A DNA stretch of 64,000 nucleotides from Rhodocyclaceae bacterium (GTDB taxonomy: Bacteria; Pseudomonadota; Gammaproteobacteria; Burkholderiales; CAIKXV01). The stretch covers positions 28,183 to 92,182 of the forward strand of contig JADCHX010000004.1 in assembly GCA_020248265.1 (NCBI GenBank). Reading direction: 5' to 3'. The notes beneath the pieces were generated by a model. That model was not told the DNA's origin, made no database searches, and worked only from the letters and a program-made list of their open reading frames with translations. Position numbers and translations under genes: made by a program. Every line of letters starts with the position of its first letter. Positions within the stretch are counted from its first letter, which is position 1. Positions 8,393 through 17,254 of this stretch are shown one piece after another.

Positions 8393-9382
8393 ATGAAACG
8401 AAGTACGCTGGTGTCGATCGGCCTTCTGGCGGTTGCAGGACTCCCGTCGGTCGCGCCCGCCGCCGAGGCACCTGCGGCAGTGTGGCCCGCAAAGCCGTTG
8501 CGGATGATCGTTCCGTTCGCCGCAGGCGGCGCAGTCGACACCACCGGTCGCATGATCGCCGTGCGGCTTGGTGACGCGCTCGGCCGGCCGGTGCTGGTCG
8601 AGAACCGGCCCGGCGCTGCGGGCATGATCGGCGTCGAGGCGCTGCTCAAGGCGCCCGCTGACGGATACACGTTGTTCGTCGGCGCGGCCGGTGTGCTCGC
8701 CACCACCCCGGCCGGCCAGGAGAAGCCGGTCTACGATCCGTTGCAGGACGTGGCGCCGGTCACGCTGGTCGCGACCTTTCCGTTCGTGCTGGTGGTGAAT
8801 CCCTCGTTGCCGGTGCGTTCGCTGGCGGAACTGGTGCGGCTGGCGAGATCGAAGCCGCTCGAACTCACCAATGCGACCACTGGCCAGGGCACGGCGACGC
8901 ATCTGGTAGCCGAGTACCTGAGCCTGACCGCCGGCATGAAGCTCACCCACGTGCCCTACAAGGGAGACAACCCCGCTGCGAGCGACATCATGGCCGGCCA
9001 TGTGTCGATGGGCATGCTGACCCCGATCATCATGGTGCAGCAGGTGAAGGCCGGGCGGCTGCGTGCGCTCGCGGTGTCCTCGCCGGGCCGCTTCGCGCCG
9101 CTGCCCGACGTGCCGACGGTCGCGGAACAGGGTTATCCGGGCTTTGCCGCCGAATCCTGGCATGCGGTGGTGGTACGCAGCGGCACGCCGCGCGAGATCG
9201 TACAGCGGCTCAATGCCGAGATCGTGACGATGCTGCGCGATGCGCCCGACCTGCGTGCCGCGCTGGAGGCGGCCGGTGGCAAGGTCGTCGGCAGCACGCC
9301 CGAGCAGTTCGGCGACTACCTGCGCAGCGAGCTGGCCAGGTGGCGCAAGGTGATGAAGGCGGCGGGGATACGGCCGCAGTAG
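8393..9382 (+). CDS. Bug/TctC-family substrate-binding protein
   Basis: Signal peptide, then PLRMIVPFAAGGAVD and HVPYKGDNPAASDIMAGHVSM. Confidence 0.9.
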   Translation: MKRSTLVSIGLLAVAGLPSVAPAAEAPAAVWPAKPLRMIVPFAAGGAVDTTGRMIAVRLGDALGRPVLVENRPGAAGMIGVEALLKAPADGYTLFVGAAGVLATTPAGQEKPVYDPLQDVAPVTLVATFPFVLVVNPSLPVRSLAELVRLARSKPLELTNATTGQGTATHLVAEYLSLTAGMKLTHVPYKGDNPAASDIMAGHVSMGMLTPIIMVQQVKAGRLRALAVSSPGRFAPLPDVPTVAEQGYPGFAAESWHAVVVRSGTPREIVQRLNAEIVTMLRDAPDLRAALEAAGGKVVGSTPEQFGDYLRSELARWRKVMKAAGIRPQ

Positions 9383-9529
9383 TTGCCCGACCGGGAGCGA
9401 CGATCTGCGTCACGGAAAGGCCGTCGTAAGCCTCCAGGGCGCAGCATGTCGCTGTTGTCTCACGGTCGCGCACCCGCGGCCGTGGTCCCGGCGCCACCGC
9501 CCTGGCGCCCATTGCCTAGGGAGATCGCG

Positions 9530-10135
9530 ATGTTCGACGAGTTCAACCCCCTGCCGGTGGTCACGGTCCTCGCCGGTGCCGGCATCCTGCAACCGGCGCA
9601 GGCGCTTCCCGATCGTGTCACGCTCGAGAGCCCTGCCCTGGATTCGATGACCGACCTGCGCCGTAATGCTGCGGTCGTGGTGCGTGCCGGCGATTCGGTC
9701 GCACACGCCCGCGAGCGCATGCGCAACCGCGGCGTACGCATGCTTTTCTGCGTCGATATCACCGGCCACATTGAAGGATTGGTGACGCTCAACGACATGC
9801 TCGGCGAGCGGCCGGTTCTGGCCGCCAGCCAGAACGGCGTGCCGGTATCCGAGTTGCTGGTGCGCGACATCATGACGCCGCGTACGCGGCTGGAGGCGTT
9901 CCGCGTCGAGGACGTACTGCATGCGCGCGTAGGCCATGTGCTCGCCAGCCTGCGTGGTTCGGGCCGCCAGCATGCGCTCGTGGTGGAGTCGCTTGCCGAT
10001 GGCGCACAGGCGGTGCGCGGCGTGTTCTCCGCCACCCAGATCGAACGCCAGCTCGGCCCGACAGGCCGCGTGCAGCCCCAGCCGCTGGAGGTCGCGCGGA
10101 CCTTTGCCGAGATCGAGGCTTCGCTGGCGCACTGA
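9530..10135 (+). CDS. CBS-domain pair protein
   Basis: The internal ATG at 9530 is preceded by AGGGAG. Two CBS-like repeats: VVVRAGDSVAHARERMRNRGVRMLFCVD..GLVTLNDML and LVRDIMTPR..HALVVES..VRGVFSATQI. Confidence 0.7.
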   Translation: MFDEFNPLPVVTVLAGAGILQPAQALPDRVTLESPALDSMTDLRRNAAVVVRAGDSVAHARERMRNRGVRMLFCVDITGHIEGLVTLNDMLGERPVLAASQNGVPVSELLVRDIMTPRTRLEAFRVEDVLHARVGHVLASLRGSGRQHALVVESLADGAQAVRGVFSATQIERQLGPTGRVQPQPLEVARTFAEIEASLAH

Positions 10136-10165
10136 CCGCGAGGTCAGTGCGAGGTGCTCGATACG

Positions 10166-11389
10166 TTACGCCGTCGTGATCGAGCCAGCCGCAGGTACGG
10201 ATCGTGCCGCCCGGGATGCGATCTGATCTTCCGAGTATCCCAGCTCGCGCAGGATCTCCGCGGTGTGCTGTCCTAGCGAGGGCGCGGGTACCGGATGCCG
10301 CAGGGCAAGCCCTGCCGTGGCGAACGGACTGACCAGATGCGGTATCCGTCCCTCCTGTGGGTGGTTGAAGTAGTCGATCGATCCGCGTGCGCTGACGTGC
10401 GCGAGATCCATCGTATCCTGCGGGCTGCACACCGGGCAGATCGCGATGCCGGTACGCTCCATGTGCGACAGGATCTCGGCCCATGTATACGACGCGCAGT
10501 ACTCTGCCAGTGCAGCGCGGTACGCAAGCCCGCGCTCGCCGTGCGTGCTCAGGCGATCGGCCGGCGACTCGTCGGCGTGGACGAGGTCCAGGCGACCGAT
10601 GGCGGTGCAGAACTCCTTCCATATCTTCGTTTCAAGCAGCGTCACCGCGGCGTATCGCCCATCCTTCGTCCGGTAGGTCGAGTACCTCGGATTGCCCCCG
10701 AAGGCTTCCATCCGCGGCTCACCCGACCCGCTGGCTGCCCTGGAAAACGCCGAACTGAGCGGAATGAGGCACAGGTCGAGCAGGGCTTCGAACATCGCCA
10801 GATCGACTTCGCAGCCCTCGCCGCTCCTGGCACGGCGGGCGAGAGCGGCCTGGATGCCGATCACCGCGTAGAGACCTCCGGCGAAGTCGGCCGCCTGCAG
10901 GCCGGGCACTGGCGCCGATCCGTCGGGGGCGCAGCCCATCAGGCCGGTCATCGCCTGGATCACAAGGTCATGGCCGGCTACGTGGGACAGCGGCCCGGTC
11001 TGTCCGAAGCCGCTGATCGAGCAGTAGATGATGCCCGGATTGATCGCCTTCGCGTTGCCGTAGTCGAGGCCCAGCTTGCGCATCAGCCCCGGCCGGAACG
11101 ACTCGACGACGACGTCGCAGTGTCCGATCAGCCGGCGCGCCTGTTCCTTGCCCTGTTCGCTGCGCAGGTCGATCTCGATGCTGCGCTTGTTCGTGTTGAC
11201 CGCATGGAAATAGACACTGTTCTCCCGGTAACGAGGATAGCTGTGGCGGCTGGGGTCACCCGTGACCGGCTCTTCGACCTTGATGATGTCTGCCCCCAGT
11301 GCGCCGAGCATCTGTGTGGCGAAGGGCCCCGGCAGCAGCCGGCTGAAGTCGGCGATGCGCACGCCGGAGAGCGGAAGGTTGCCGTTCAT
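10166..11389 (-). CDS. Family III CoA-transferase (CaiB/BaiF/Frc family)
   Basis: LSGVRIADFSRLLPGPFATQMLGALGADIIKVEEPVTGDPSR. Confidence 0.9.
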   Translation of the reverse strand: MNGNLPLSGVRIADFSRLLPGPFATQMLGALGADIIKVEEPVTGDPSRHSYPRYRENSVYFHAVNTNKRSIEIDLRSEQGKEQARRLIGHCDVVVESFRPGLMRKLGLDYGNAKAINPGIIYCSISGFGQTGPLSHVAGHDLVIQAMTGLMGCAPDGSAPVPGLQAADFAGGLYAVIGIQAALARRARSGEGCEVDLAMFEALLDLCLIPLSSAFSRAASGSGEPRMEAFGGNPRYSTYRTKDGRYAAVTLLETKIWKEFCTAIGRLDLVHADESPADRLSTHGERGLAYRAALAEYCASYTWAEILSHMERTGIAICPVCSPQDTMDLAHVSARGSIDYFNHPQEGRIPHLVSPFATAGLALRHPVPAPSLGQHTAEILRELGYSEDQIASRAARSVPAAGSITTA

Positions 11390-11402
11390 GTTTCCAGGTC
11401 TT

Positions 11403-13463
11403 TCATGTCGTTGAATGGTCTTCTCCGAGCCGGGCCATTCGGGTCGGTACCGATACCGGGATGCCGAACGGGGCTGCGAACACGTCGATCATGCAATGTC
11501 CGAGCGGTGCCTGCACCGAGTGCAGCGAACCGCGGGCAGCCAGTGGCGGCTGCTTGAGTACTTCGCCGGCTTCGAGCACCGGCACTGCTGCGATGCCCGA
11601 CCCTGTCAGCGCCTGTACGAGTGCAGCCCGCGTGAGGAGCGACTCGGCGGGCACCTCTGCCGAGGCGGCCACTACCCAGCCATCGCGCGCGCGCACCATG
11701 CGGGTCGGTGGTAACGCGTCCCCGTCGGCCCAGGCCAGGTGCGTGAGCCAGGCGATGGCATCGACCATCGCGATGTCGACATGCTGCGCCTGTCCCGTAC
11801 GGGCAACGGCGTGCAATGCCGCGATGATCCCGGTGGCGGCGAAGTGGCCGGTCAGCTGGTCGGCGATCGAATAGCCGATGCGAAGTGGTACCGACCCGTC
11901 GCCCACCGCCGACGCCAGCCCTCCGTGGCCCTGGATCACGGTATCGAGCGCCGGCAAGGAAGGGCCGTCGCTGCCGTATCCCGAAATGGCGCAGTACACG
12001 ATGCGCGGGTTTCGCCGCACGACCGGGTCGATGCCGAATCCGAGCCGCTCGACCGCGCCCGGCCGCAGGTTGTGCAGGAATACATCGGCCCGATCGAGGA
12101 GGGCCCAGAGTCGCTGGCGGTCCTGCTCGTTGCGCAGGTCGAGGCAGAGCGAGCGCTTGCCGGCATTGTAGTTGGCGAAATAGCCGCTCACACCGTCGAA
12201 CTGGGGTTGCCACTGCCTGCATGCTTCGCCATCCGGCGATTCGATCTTCGTCACTTCTGCGCCGAGGCTGGCGAGTCCGAAACCGGCCAGGGGCCCGGCC
12301 GCATACACGGTCAGCTCTACCACTCGAGTGCCCGAGAGCGCATGCCGTTGCGCGCCGGGCTGCTCGGCGCAGGCCGGTTCGGGCCGCCGCGGCCTTGCCG
12401 GATCCAGGCCGACTGGCCGGATGCGCACGGGTACCCGCGACACCGCCTCCGAGCGATAGCGCTCGACGCTGCCGCTGGCCTGCAGCACGCGGTCCGAGGC
12501 GACCTCCCCTAGAGGGACGACCGGCCCCACCGGCACGCCAGACGCGCCAAGTGCCTCCAGCAGGTCCCGGACGGTCCGGCTTTGTGTGCGGTCTTGCAGC
12601 AGCCGGTCGACGTCAGCCCGGTTCGCAAGGCGCGCCGAACGCGTCGCATAGCGTGGATCGCGGGCGAGCGCGCCCTCACCGATCGACTCGACGATCGCGG
12701 TCCAGTGCTCGTCGGTGGCCGAACAGATCAGTATCCAGCCATCGAGCGCGCGATAGGCATTCCACGGACAGCACAGAGGATGACCACAGCCGGAGCGGAA
12801 TCCGCTGTCCTGCCCGCCTTGCAGCAGCGATACATGCGACCTGAGCTGGTCGGCGACAATCTCGACCAGGCTCAGGTCGATCATCTGCGACTGAGGTGAA
12901 AGGAGCGACGCCACCACCGAGATGCTGGCGATCACCGCGGCGCTCGATTCGCCGATCGGCACGCGTGCAAACTCCGGCTCGCCCTCGGGCTCGCCGGTCA
13001 CGGCCATCAGCCCGCCCAATGCCTGTATCAGGGCATCGGTGGCTTCTTCGGGAAGGTCCGGGTGCCCCAGGCCTTGCGCGGAAATACAGCAGACGACCGA
13101 CGAGGGGACATGGCCGCGAGCGGCCGACGGCGGGGCGGCAGGATCATTCAGGCGGTCGATGGTTGCGCGCAGCATGCCAAGCAGTGGATCCGAATCTCCG
13201 CCCGAGAGCAGGACGACGCGCGCGATCGAAAGCGCCTCGGACCACTGGAAGTCGTCGGCCTTGACGCGTGTCTTGCCTCCGATCAGCAATCGCTCGAGCG
13301 CGGTGGGTGCCGATGCGACCGTCGCCTCATCGGCAGCCTGTTCGACCCGGATCACTCGCGCCCCCAGGCTGGCAAGCAGGAAGCCGCAGGCACTGACCGA
13401 CAGCCTGCCGGCGCGTTCCACGACGACCAGGCCGGTCAGCGGGCCATCGGGGCGCTCGATCAT
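11403..13463 (-). CDS. Tandem-domain (duplicated) family III CoA-transferase fusion protein
   Basis: Two CaiB-like halves. The N-terminal half reads GLVVVERAGRLSVSACGFLLASLGARVIRVEQ and is degenerate, with no GDxxR. The C-terminal half reads GTRVVELTVYAAGPLAGFGLASLGAEVTKIESPDGEACR. ATG 13463 with a GAAGG RBS is preferred over TTG 13475. Confidence 0.8.
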   Translation of the reverse strand: MIERPDGPLTGLVVVERAGRLSVSACGFLLASLGARVIRVEQAADEATVASAPTALERLLIGGKTRVKADDFQWSEALSIARVVLLSGGDSDPLLGMLRATIDRLNDPAAPPSAARGHVPSSVVCCISAQGLGHPDLPEEATDALIQALGGLMAVTGEPEGEPEFARVPIGESSAAVIASISVVASLLSPQSQMIDLSLVEIVADQLRSHVSLLQGGQDSGFRSGCGHPLCCPWNAYRALDGWILICSATDEHWTAIVESIGEGALARDPRYATRSARLANRADVDRLLQDRTQSRTVRDLLEALGASGVPVGPVVPLGEVASDRVLQASGSVERYRSEAVSRVPVRIRPVGLDPARPRRPEPACAEQPGAQRHALSGTRVVELTVYAAGPLAGFGLASLGAEVTKIESPDGEACRQWQPQFDGVSGYFANYNAGKRSLCLDLRNEQDRQRLWALLDRADVFLHNLRPGAVERLGFGIDPVVRRNPRIVYCAISGYGSDGPSLPALDTVIQGHGGLASAVGDGSVPLRIGYSIADQLTGHFAATGIIAALHAVARTGQAQHVDIAMVDAIAWLTHLAWADGDALPPTRMVRARDGWVVAASAEVPAESLLTRAALVQALTGSGIAAVPVLEAGEVLKQPPLAARGSLHSVQAPLGHCMIDVFAAPFGIPVSVPTRMARLGEDHSTT

Positions 13464-13471
13464 AGTGGCCT

Positions 13472-15064
13472 TCAACGCCGTGCCAGCCGCTTGTAGAGAT
13501 GCGAGCGCGAGATGCCCAGTTCACTGGCGGCCTGCTTCTTGTTTCCGGCGCAGCGGATCAATGCGTCCTCGATCATCTTCAACTCGACATCCTCGAGGGT
13601 CTCGCGTACGTGCGACATGGTTCCGGAGTGGATCGGTGCGCGGCGCGGCAGGTCGTCGGCACCGATGACATTGCCCTCGCTGAAGATAGCCGCCTGCTCG
13701 AGATCATGCTGGAGCTGGCGAATGTTGCCTGGCCAGGGCAAGGTTCGAAGCACGGCACACGCCTCGGGCGAAATGTCCTTGGCCATGCGCTCGTTGCGCT
13801 GCGCGAAGGCCTTGAGGAAATGCCCGGCGAGCAGCGGGATGTCCTCCAGCCGCTCGCGCAGTGGCGGCAGCCGCAGCACGACCGTGCTGATCCGGTAGAA
13901 CAGATCGAGCCGGAAACGACCGGTGCCGACCAGTTGTTCGAGGTCGCAGTGGGTGGCACTGATCAGCCTGAAGTTGGACTGGGTGCTGGTCGATCCGCCG
14001 ACGCGTTCGAACTGTCCGTCCTGGAGCACCCGCAGCAGCTTGACCTGCACCTCGATCGGCATGTCGCCGATCTCGTCGAGGAACAGCGTCGAGCGATGCG
14101 CCATCTCGAAGCGGCCGTGGCGACCCTTGCGGTCGGCCCCCGAGAACGCGCCCGGTTCGTACCCGAACAGCTCGCTCTCGACCAGCCCCGAGGGCAACGC
14201 CGCTGCGTTGACCGACACCATGGGCTTGCCGTGGCGCGTGCTCAGCGCGTGAATCGCGGTCGCCGCGAGCTCCTTGCCCGTGCCGCTCTCTCCGATCAGC
14301 AGGACCGGGACATCCAGTGGTGCCACGCGCTCGATGTCCGCCTTCAGTTTGCGCACGGCACTGCTGGTGCCCACGATCTGGTCGACCATGCTGCCGCGAA
14401 GCCTCATGTCGGACAGTTCCCGGCGGTAGTACGCGACCTCGGAGCGCAGCCTCGTCACTTCCCGCGAGAGGTCATGCACGGCCTCGGGGGCCTTGAACAT
14501 CACCTGACCGATCGCACCCACCGTTTTCGAACCCGAGACGATCGGAATACGGCTGACGACCCGGGCCACGCCGCGCATGCTCTGTACCTGGCCGATCTCG
14601 GCCTTTCCGGTGCGCACTACTTCATGCAGCCTCGTGTTTTCGATGATGTCGGTCACGTGGCGCCCGAAACCTTCGCCCGGTGCGAGCCCGAAGAAGCGCG
14701 CATGGACGGGGCTGATGTAGCGAACGCAGCCGCGGTCGTCCACCACGGTCATCGCTTCATACGGGCTGCTCAACAGATGCTCGAAAATCGCATAGGCGAA
14801 GTCGACACTGGCAACGAAGTCGAACAGCGCGTCCTCCACGCCTGCCTGGTGGGCGAAGCGCACCGACGTGTCGTGGCCGGCGCGGTACATGAGTATCAAC
14901 CGCTGGCCGTCCACTTCGACCACGTTCATGTCCGCGGGCTGCGAGGGCTGCCACGCAAGCGCGGCCTCGCGTACCCTCGGGTTCTCCATGAGATCGCTCA
15001 CATGCAGGACCAGGCCCTGTCGATCCGTGACCAGCACGCCGATGCCAGACCGCCGATGAGACAT
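13472..15064 (-). CDS. Sigma-54-dependent transcriptional activator (PAS sensor + AAA+ + Fis-type HTH; AcoR/PrpR-like)
   Basis: Walker A GESGTGKE. Sigma-54 contact loop GAFSGA. C-terminal [23 protein letters not shown] 15064 is preceded by GGAGGA. The track ORF extends to 15322. Confidence 0.9.
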   Translation of the reverse strand: MSHRRSGIGVLVTDRQGLVLHVSDLMENPRVREAALAWQPSQPADMNVVEVDGQRLILMYRAGHDTSVRFAHQAGVEDALFDFVASVDFAYAIFEHLLSSPYEAMTVVDDRGCVRYISPVHARFFGLAPGEGFGRHVTDIIENTRLHEVVRTGKAEIGQVQSMRGVARVVSRIPIVSGSKTVGAIGQVMFKAPEAVHDLSREVTRLRSEVAYYRRELSDMRLRGSMVDQIVGTSSAVRKLKADIERVAPLDVPVLLIGESGTGKELAATAIHALSTRHGKPMVSVNAAALPSGLVESELFGYEPGAFSGADRKGRHGRFEMAHRSTLFLDEIGDMPIEVQVKLLRVLQDGQFERVGGSTSTQSNFRLISATHCDLEQLVGTGRFRLDLFYRISTVVLRLPPLRERLEDIPLLAGHFLKAFAQRNERMAKDISPEACAVLRTLPWPGNIRQLQHDLEQAAIFSEGNVIGADDLPRRAPIHSGTMSHVRETLEDVELKMIEDALIRCAGNKKQAASELGISRSHLYKRLARR

Positions 15065-15097
15065 CCTTTCCTCCGCCCCGGCGCCCGCGTCCTTATC

Positions 15098-15141
15098 GAG
15101 GACACTGTATGTCACCGTGTCCTCAATGAGAACACGGACAC
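15098..15141. promoter_or_regulatory. Candidate enhancer (UAS) for the sigma-54 activator
   Basis: GAGGACAC (15098-15105), an 11-nt spacer, then GTGTCCTC (15117-15124). A third GGACAC half-site lies at 15136-15141. All sit about 50-90 bp upstream of the -24/-12 element. Confidence 0.45.
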
Positions 15142-15188
15142 GCCACGGTTCGCAAGCCGTTCCTAGGGCGCGCGTACGGCGACACCGG

Positions 15189-15204
15189 TGGCATGGGCCT
15201 TGCA
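15189..15204 (+). promoter_or_regulatory. Sigma-54 (-24/-12) promoter candidate TGGCAT-N5-TTGCA
   Basis: TGGCATgggccTTGCA matches the TGGCAC-N5-TTGCW consensus with one mismatch. It faces the long plus-strand operon and lies opposite the divergently encoded sigma-54 activator. Confidence 0.55.
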
Positions 15205-15216
15205 TTATCGCAAGCC

Positions 15217-16467
15217 ATGTCCAAGACCACTGCCTCGCCGTTGCCGCTCGACTCGTTGCCGCCACCTGCCCCGGCGGGCGAGGGTCTGCTCCGGGGGGTT
15301 CGCGTACTCGACCTGACAACATCTGTTGCGGGGCCCTACGCGACCATGATGCTGGGCGACATGGGTGCGGAGATCATCAAGGTCGAGCGGCCGGGCCGCG
15401 GTGACGACGCCCGTGCATGGGGGCCGCCATTCCTCGATGGTGAGTCGCTCTGGTTCCTCAGCGTGAACCGCAACAAGCAGAGTTTCACCCTCGACTATGC
15501 ATCCGAGGCGGGTCGGGCCGTACTGCACGACCTCGTCCGGCACGTCGATGTCGTGGTGGTCAACCTGGTCGAACGGGTCCAGCGCAAGCTCGGCATCGAT
15601 TACGCCGCGCTCGCCGCAGTGCGCGCCGACCTCGTGCATGTGTCGATCACGGGGTTCGGCCTGTCTGGACAGCGCGGCGATCTTGCCTGCTACGACCTCA
15701 TTGCCGAGGGCTACAGTGGCGTGATGGATCTCACCGGCGAGGCCGATAATCCGCCGCAGAAGGTTGGTACGCCGGCCGCCGACCTGGTGTCGGGCATGGA
15801 CGCTGCCTTCGCCGTCGCCAGCGCGCTGTTCGACCGGCGCGCAACGGGCCGCGGCCATCAGATCGACATCGCCATGGTCGAGAGCATGACCCGCTTCATG
15901 TCGCCTCGCATCGTCCCCTACCTCGGCTCGGGTCGCGTGCCGGCGCGCTCCGGGGCCAGGGACAGCGTCATCGCCGTGTATCAGGTTTTCGACACGTCGA
16001 CCGAACCGCTCACGCTCGGCCTGGGCAACGATGCCATCTGGAAAAGGTTCTGGCAGGCGATCGGCCATCCTGAATATGCGGGCAACGAAGCGTATGCGAG
16101 CAACGCCGGGCGACTCGAGCACCGGTCGCAGATCGTCAGCGACATACAGCAGATCCTGAAGACTCGGCCGCGCGATCATTGGCTGTCGCTGCTGGCGCCT
16201 GCCGGCGTACCGGCTGGCCCGGTAAACCGTGTCGACGAGCTGGTGCACGACGAAGAACTGGTGGCCCGCGGCCTGTTCTACAGCGCGTCGGCTTCCGATG
16301 CCCGGCGCGTTCCCCAGGTGGGGCTGGGCATCGGCGTCGACGGCAACCGTTCGACCTACCGCAGCGCGCCGCCCCTGCTGGGCGAGCACACTGCCGCGCT
16401 GCTTGGAGACCTGCTGGGTTACGACGACAAGAGAATCTCCGCACTTCGCGAGGCCAACGTCATATGA
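15217..16467 (+). CDS. Family III CoA-transferase (CaiB/BaiF family)
   Basis: LRGVRVLDLTTSVAGPYATMMLGDMGAEIIKVERPGRGDDAR. Start set at ATG 15217 because ATG 15193 lies inside the -24 element. Confidence 0.85.
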   Translation: MSKTTASPLPLDSLPPPAPAGEGLLRGVRVLDLTTSVAGPYATMMLGDMGAEIIKVERPGRGDDARAWGPPFLDGESLWFLSVNRNKQSFTLDYASEAGRAVLHDLVRHVDVVVVNLVERVQRKLGIDYAALAAVRADLVHVSITGFGLSGQRGDLACYDLIAEGYSGVMDLTGEADNPPQKVGTPAADLVSGMDAAFAVASALFDRRATGRGHQIDIAMVESMTRFMSPRIVPYLGSGRVPARSGARDSVIAVYQVFDTSTEPLTLGLGNDAIWKRFWQAIGHPEYAGNEAYASNAGRLEHRSQIVSDIQQILKTRPRDHWLSLLAPAGVPAGPVNRVDELVHDEELVARGLFYSASASDARRVPQVGLGIGVDGNRSTYRSAPPLLGEHTAALLGDLLGYDDKRISALREANVI

Positions 16468-17243
16468 GCTACGAAACCATACTTTATGAAGAACAGGGTC
16501 CCATCGGCTGGCTGACGTTGAACCGCCCGGACGACGGCAACATGTTCACCGCGCAGATGTGCCACGAGATCCGTGACTGCATCGACGACATGCGCCGCGA
16601 GACGCGAACCCGCGTGCTGGTGATCACGGGGGCAGGCGATCGATTCTTCTGCATCGGCGGCCGCAAGGAAGGAATGGAAGACACGACCCTCTACGCCGGA
16701 ATGCTGCCGACGCTGGAGATCTACGAAAGCATCGAGCGGCTGCAGAAGCCTGTCATTGCCTCGGTCAACGGCTTCGCGGTCGGTGGCGGCCAGGTGCTGC
16801 AGGTGATGTGCGACATTACCATCGCCAAGGAAAGCGCCGTCTTCCGGCAGGTCGGGCCGATGATGGGCAGCTTCGACGCGGGGTACGGAACGTGGTATCT
16901 CGAAGACCTCGTCGGCAAGAAGAAGGCCAAGGAGATGTGGTTCACCAACCCCAGGCTGTCGGCCCATGAAGCGCTCGCGCTGGGCCTGATCAACAAGGTC
17001 GTCCCGGACGACCAGCTGCGCGAGGAAACCACGCGCATGGCCATGGAGATGTGCGAACGCGGCGCGTTCGCGCTGGCAGCGGTCAAGGCCGCCTTCACCG
17101 CAAGGCATGGCGGGGTCGGCGGGCTTGCACGGGTGAGCCACGATCTGCTGCTGAGGCTCTACCTCGAGACGGACGAATCGAAGGAACTGGGCGAAGCGTT
17201 CCGCGGCAAGCGCAAGCCCGATCCGGACAAGATGGGCCACTGA
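16464..17243 (+). CDS. Crotonase-superfamily enzyme (enoyl-CoA hydratase/isomerase family; MenB/BadI-like)
   Basis: ATGA overlap with the upstream stop. LTLNRPDDGNMF..VLVITGAGDRFFCIGGRKEG..ASVNGFAVGGG. Confidence 0.85.
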   Translation: MSYETILYEEQGPIGWLTLNRPDDGNMFTAQMCHEIRDCIDDMRRETRTRVLVITGAGDRFFCIGGRKEGMEDTTLYAGMLPTLEIYESIERLQKPVIASVNGFAVGGGQVLQVMCDITIAKESAVFRQVGPMMGSFDAGYGTWYLEDLVGKKKAKEMWFTNPRLSAHEALALGLINKVVPDDQLREETTRMAMEMCERGAFALAAVKAAFTARHGGVGGLARVSHDLLLRLYLETDESKELGEAFRGKRKPDPDKMGH

Positions 17244-17254
17244 CGCAACGCATC

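Noticed and set aside
6664-8706. 680-aa minus-strand ORF spanning the anti-sigma, hydrolase and Bug genes
   Set aside because: It crosses three well-supported plus-strand genes and their intergenic gaps, and has low-complexity Arg/Ala/Gly composition. The same reasoning applies to 17159..19336(-), 30263..32614(-), 52963..54939(-), 13499..15166(+), 11885..12844(+) and similar track ORFs.
15193-15216. ATG 15193 as the start of the CoA-transferase gene (track ORF start)
   Set aside because: This ATG lies inside the TGGCAT -24 element of the candidate sigma-54 promoter, so I preferred ATG 15217. If the promoter is not real, 15193 remains possible.
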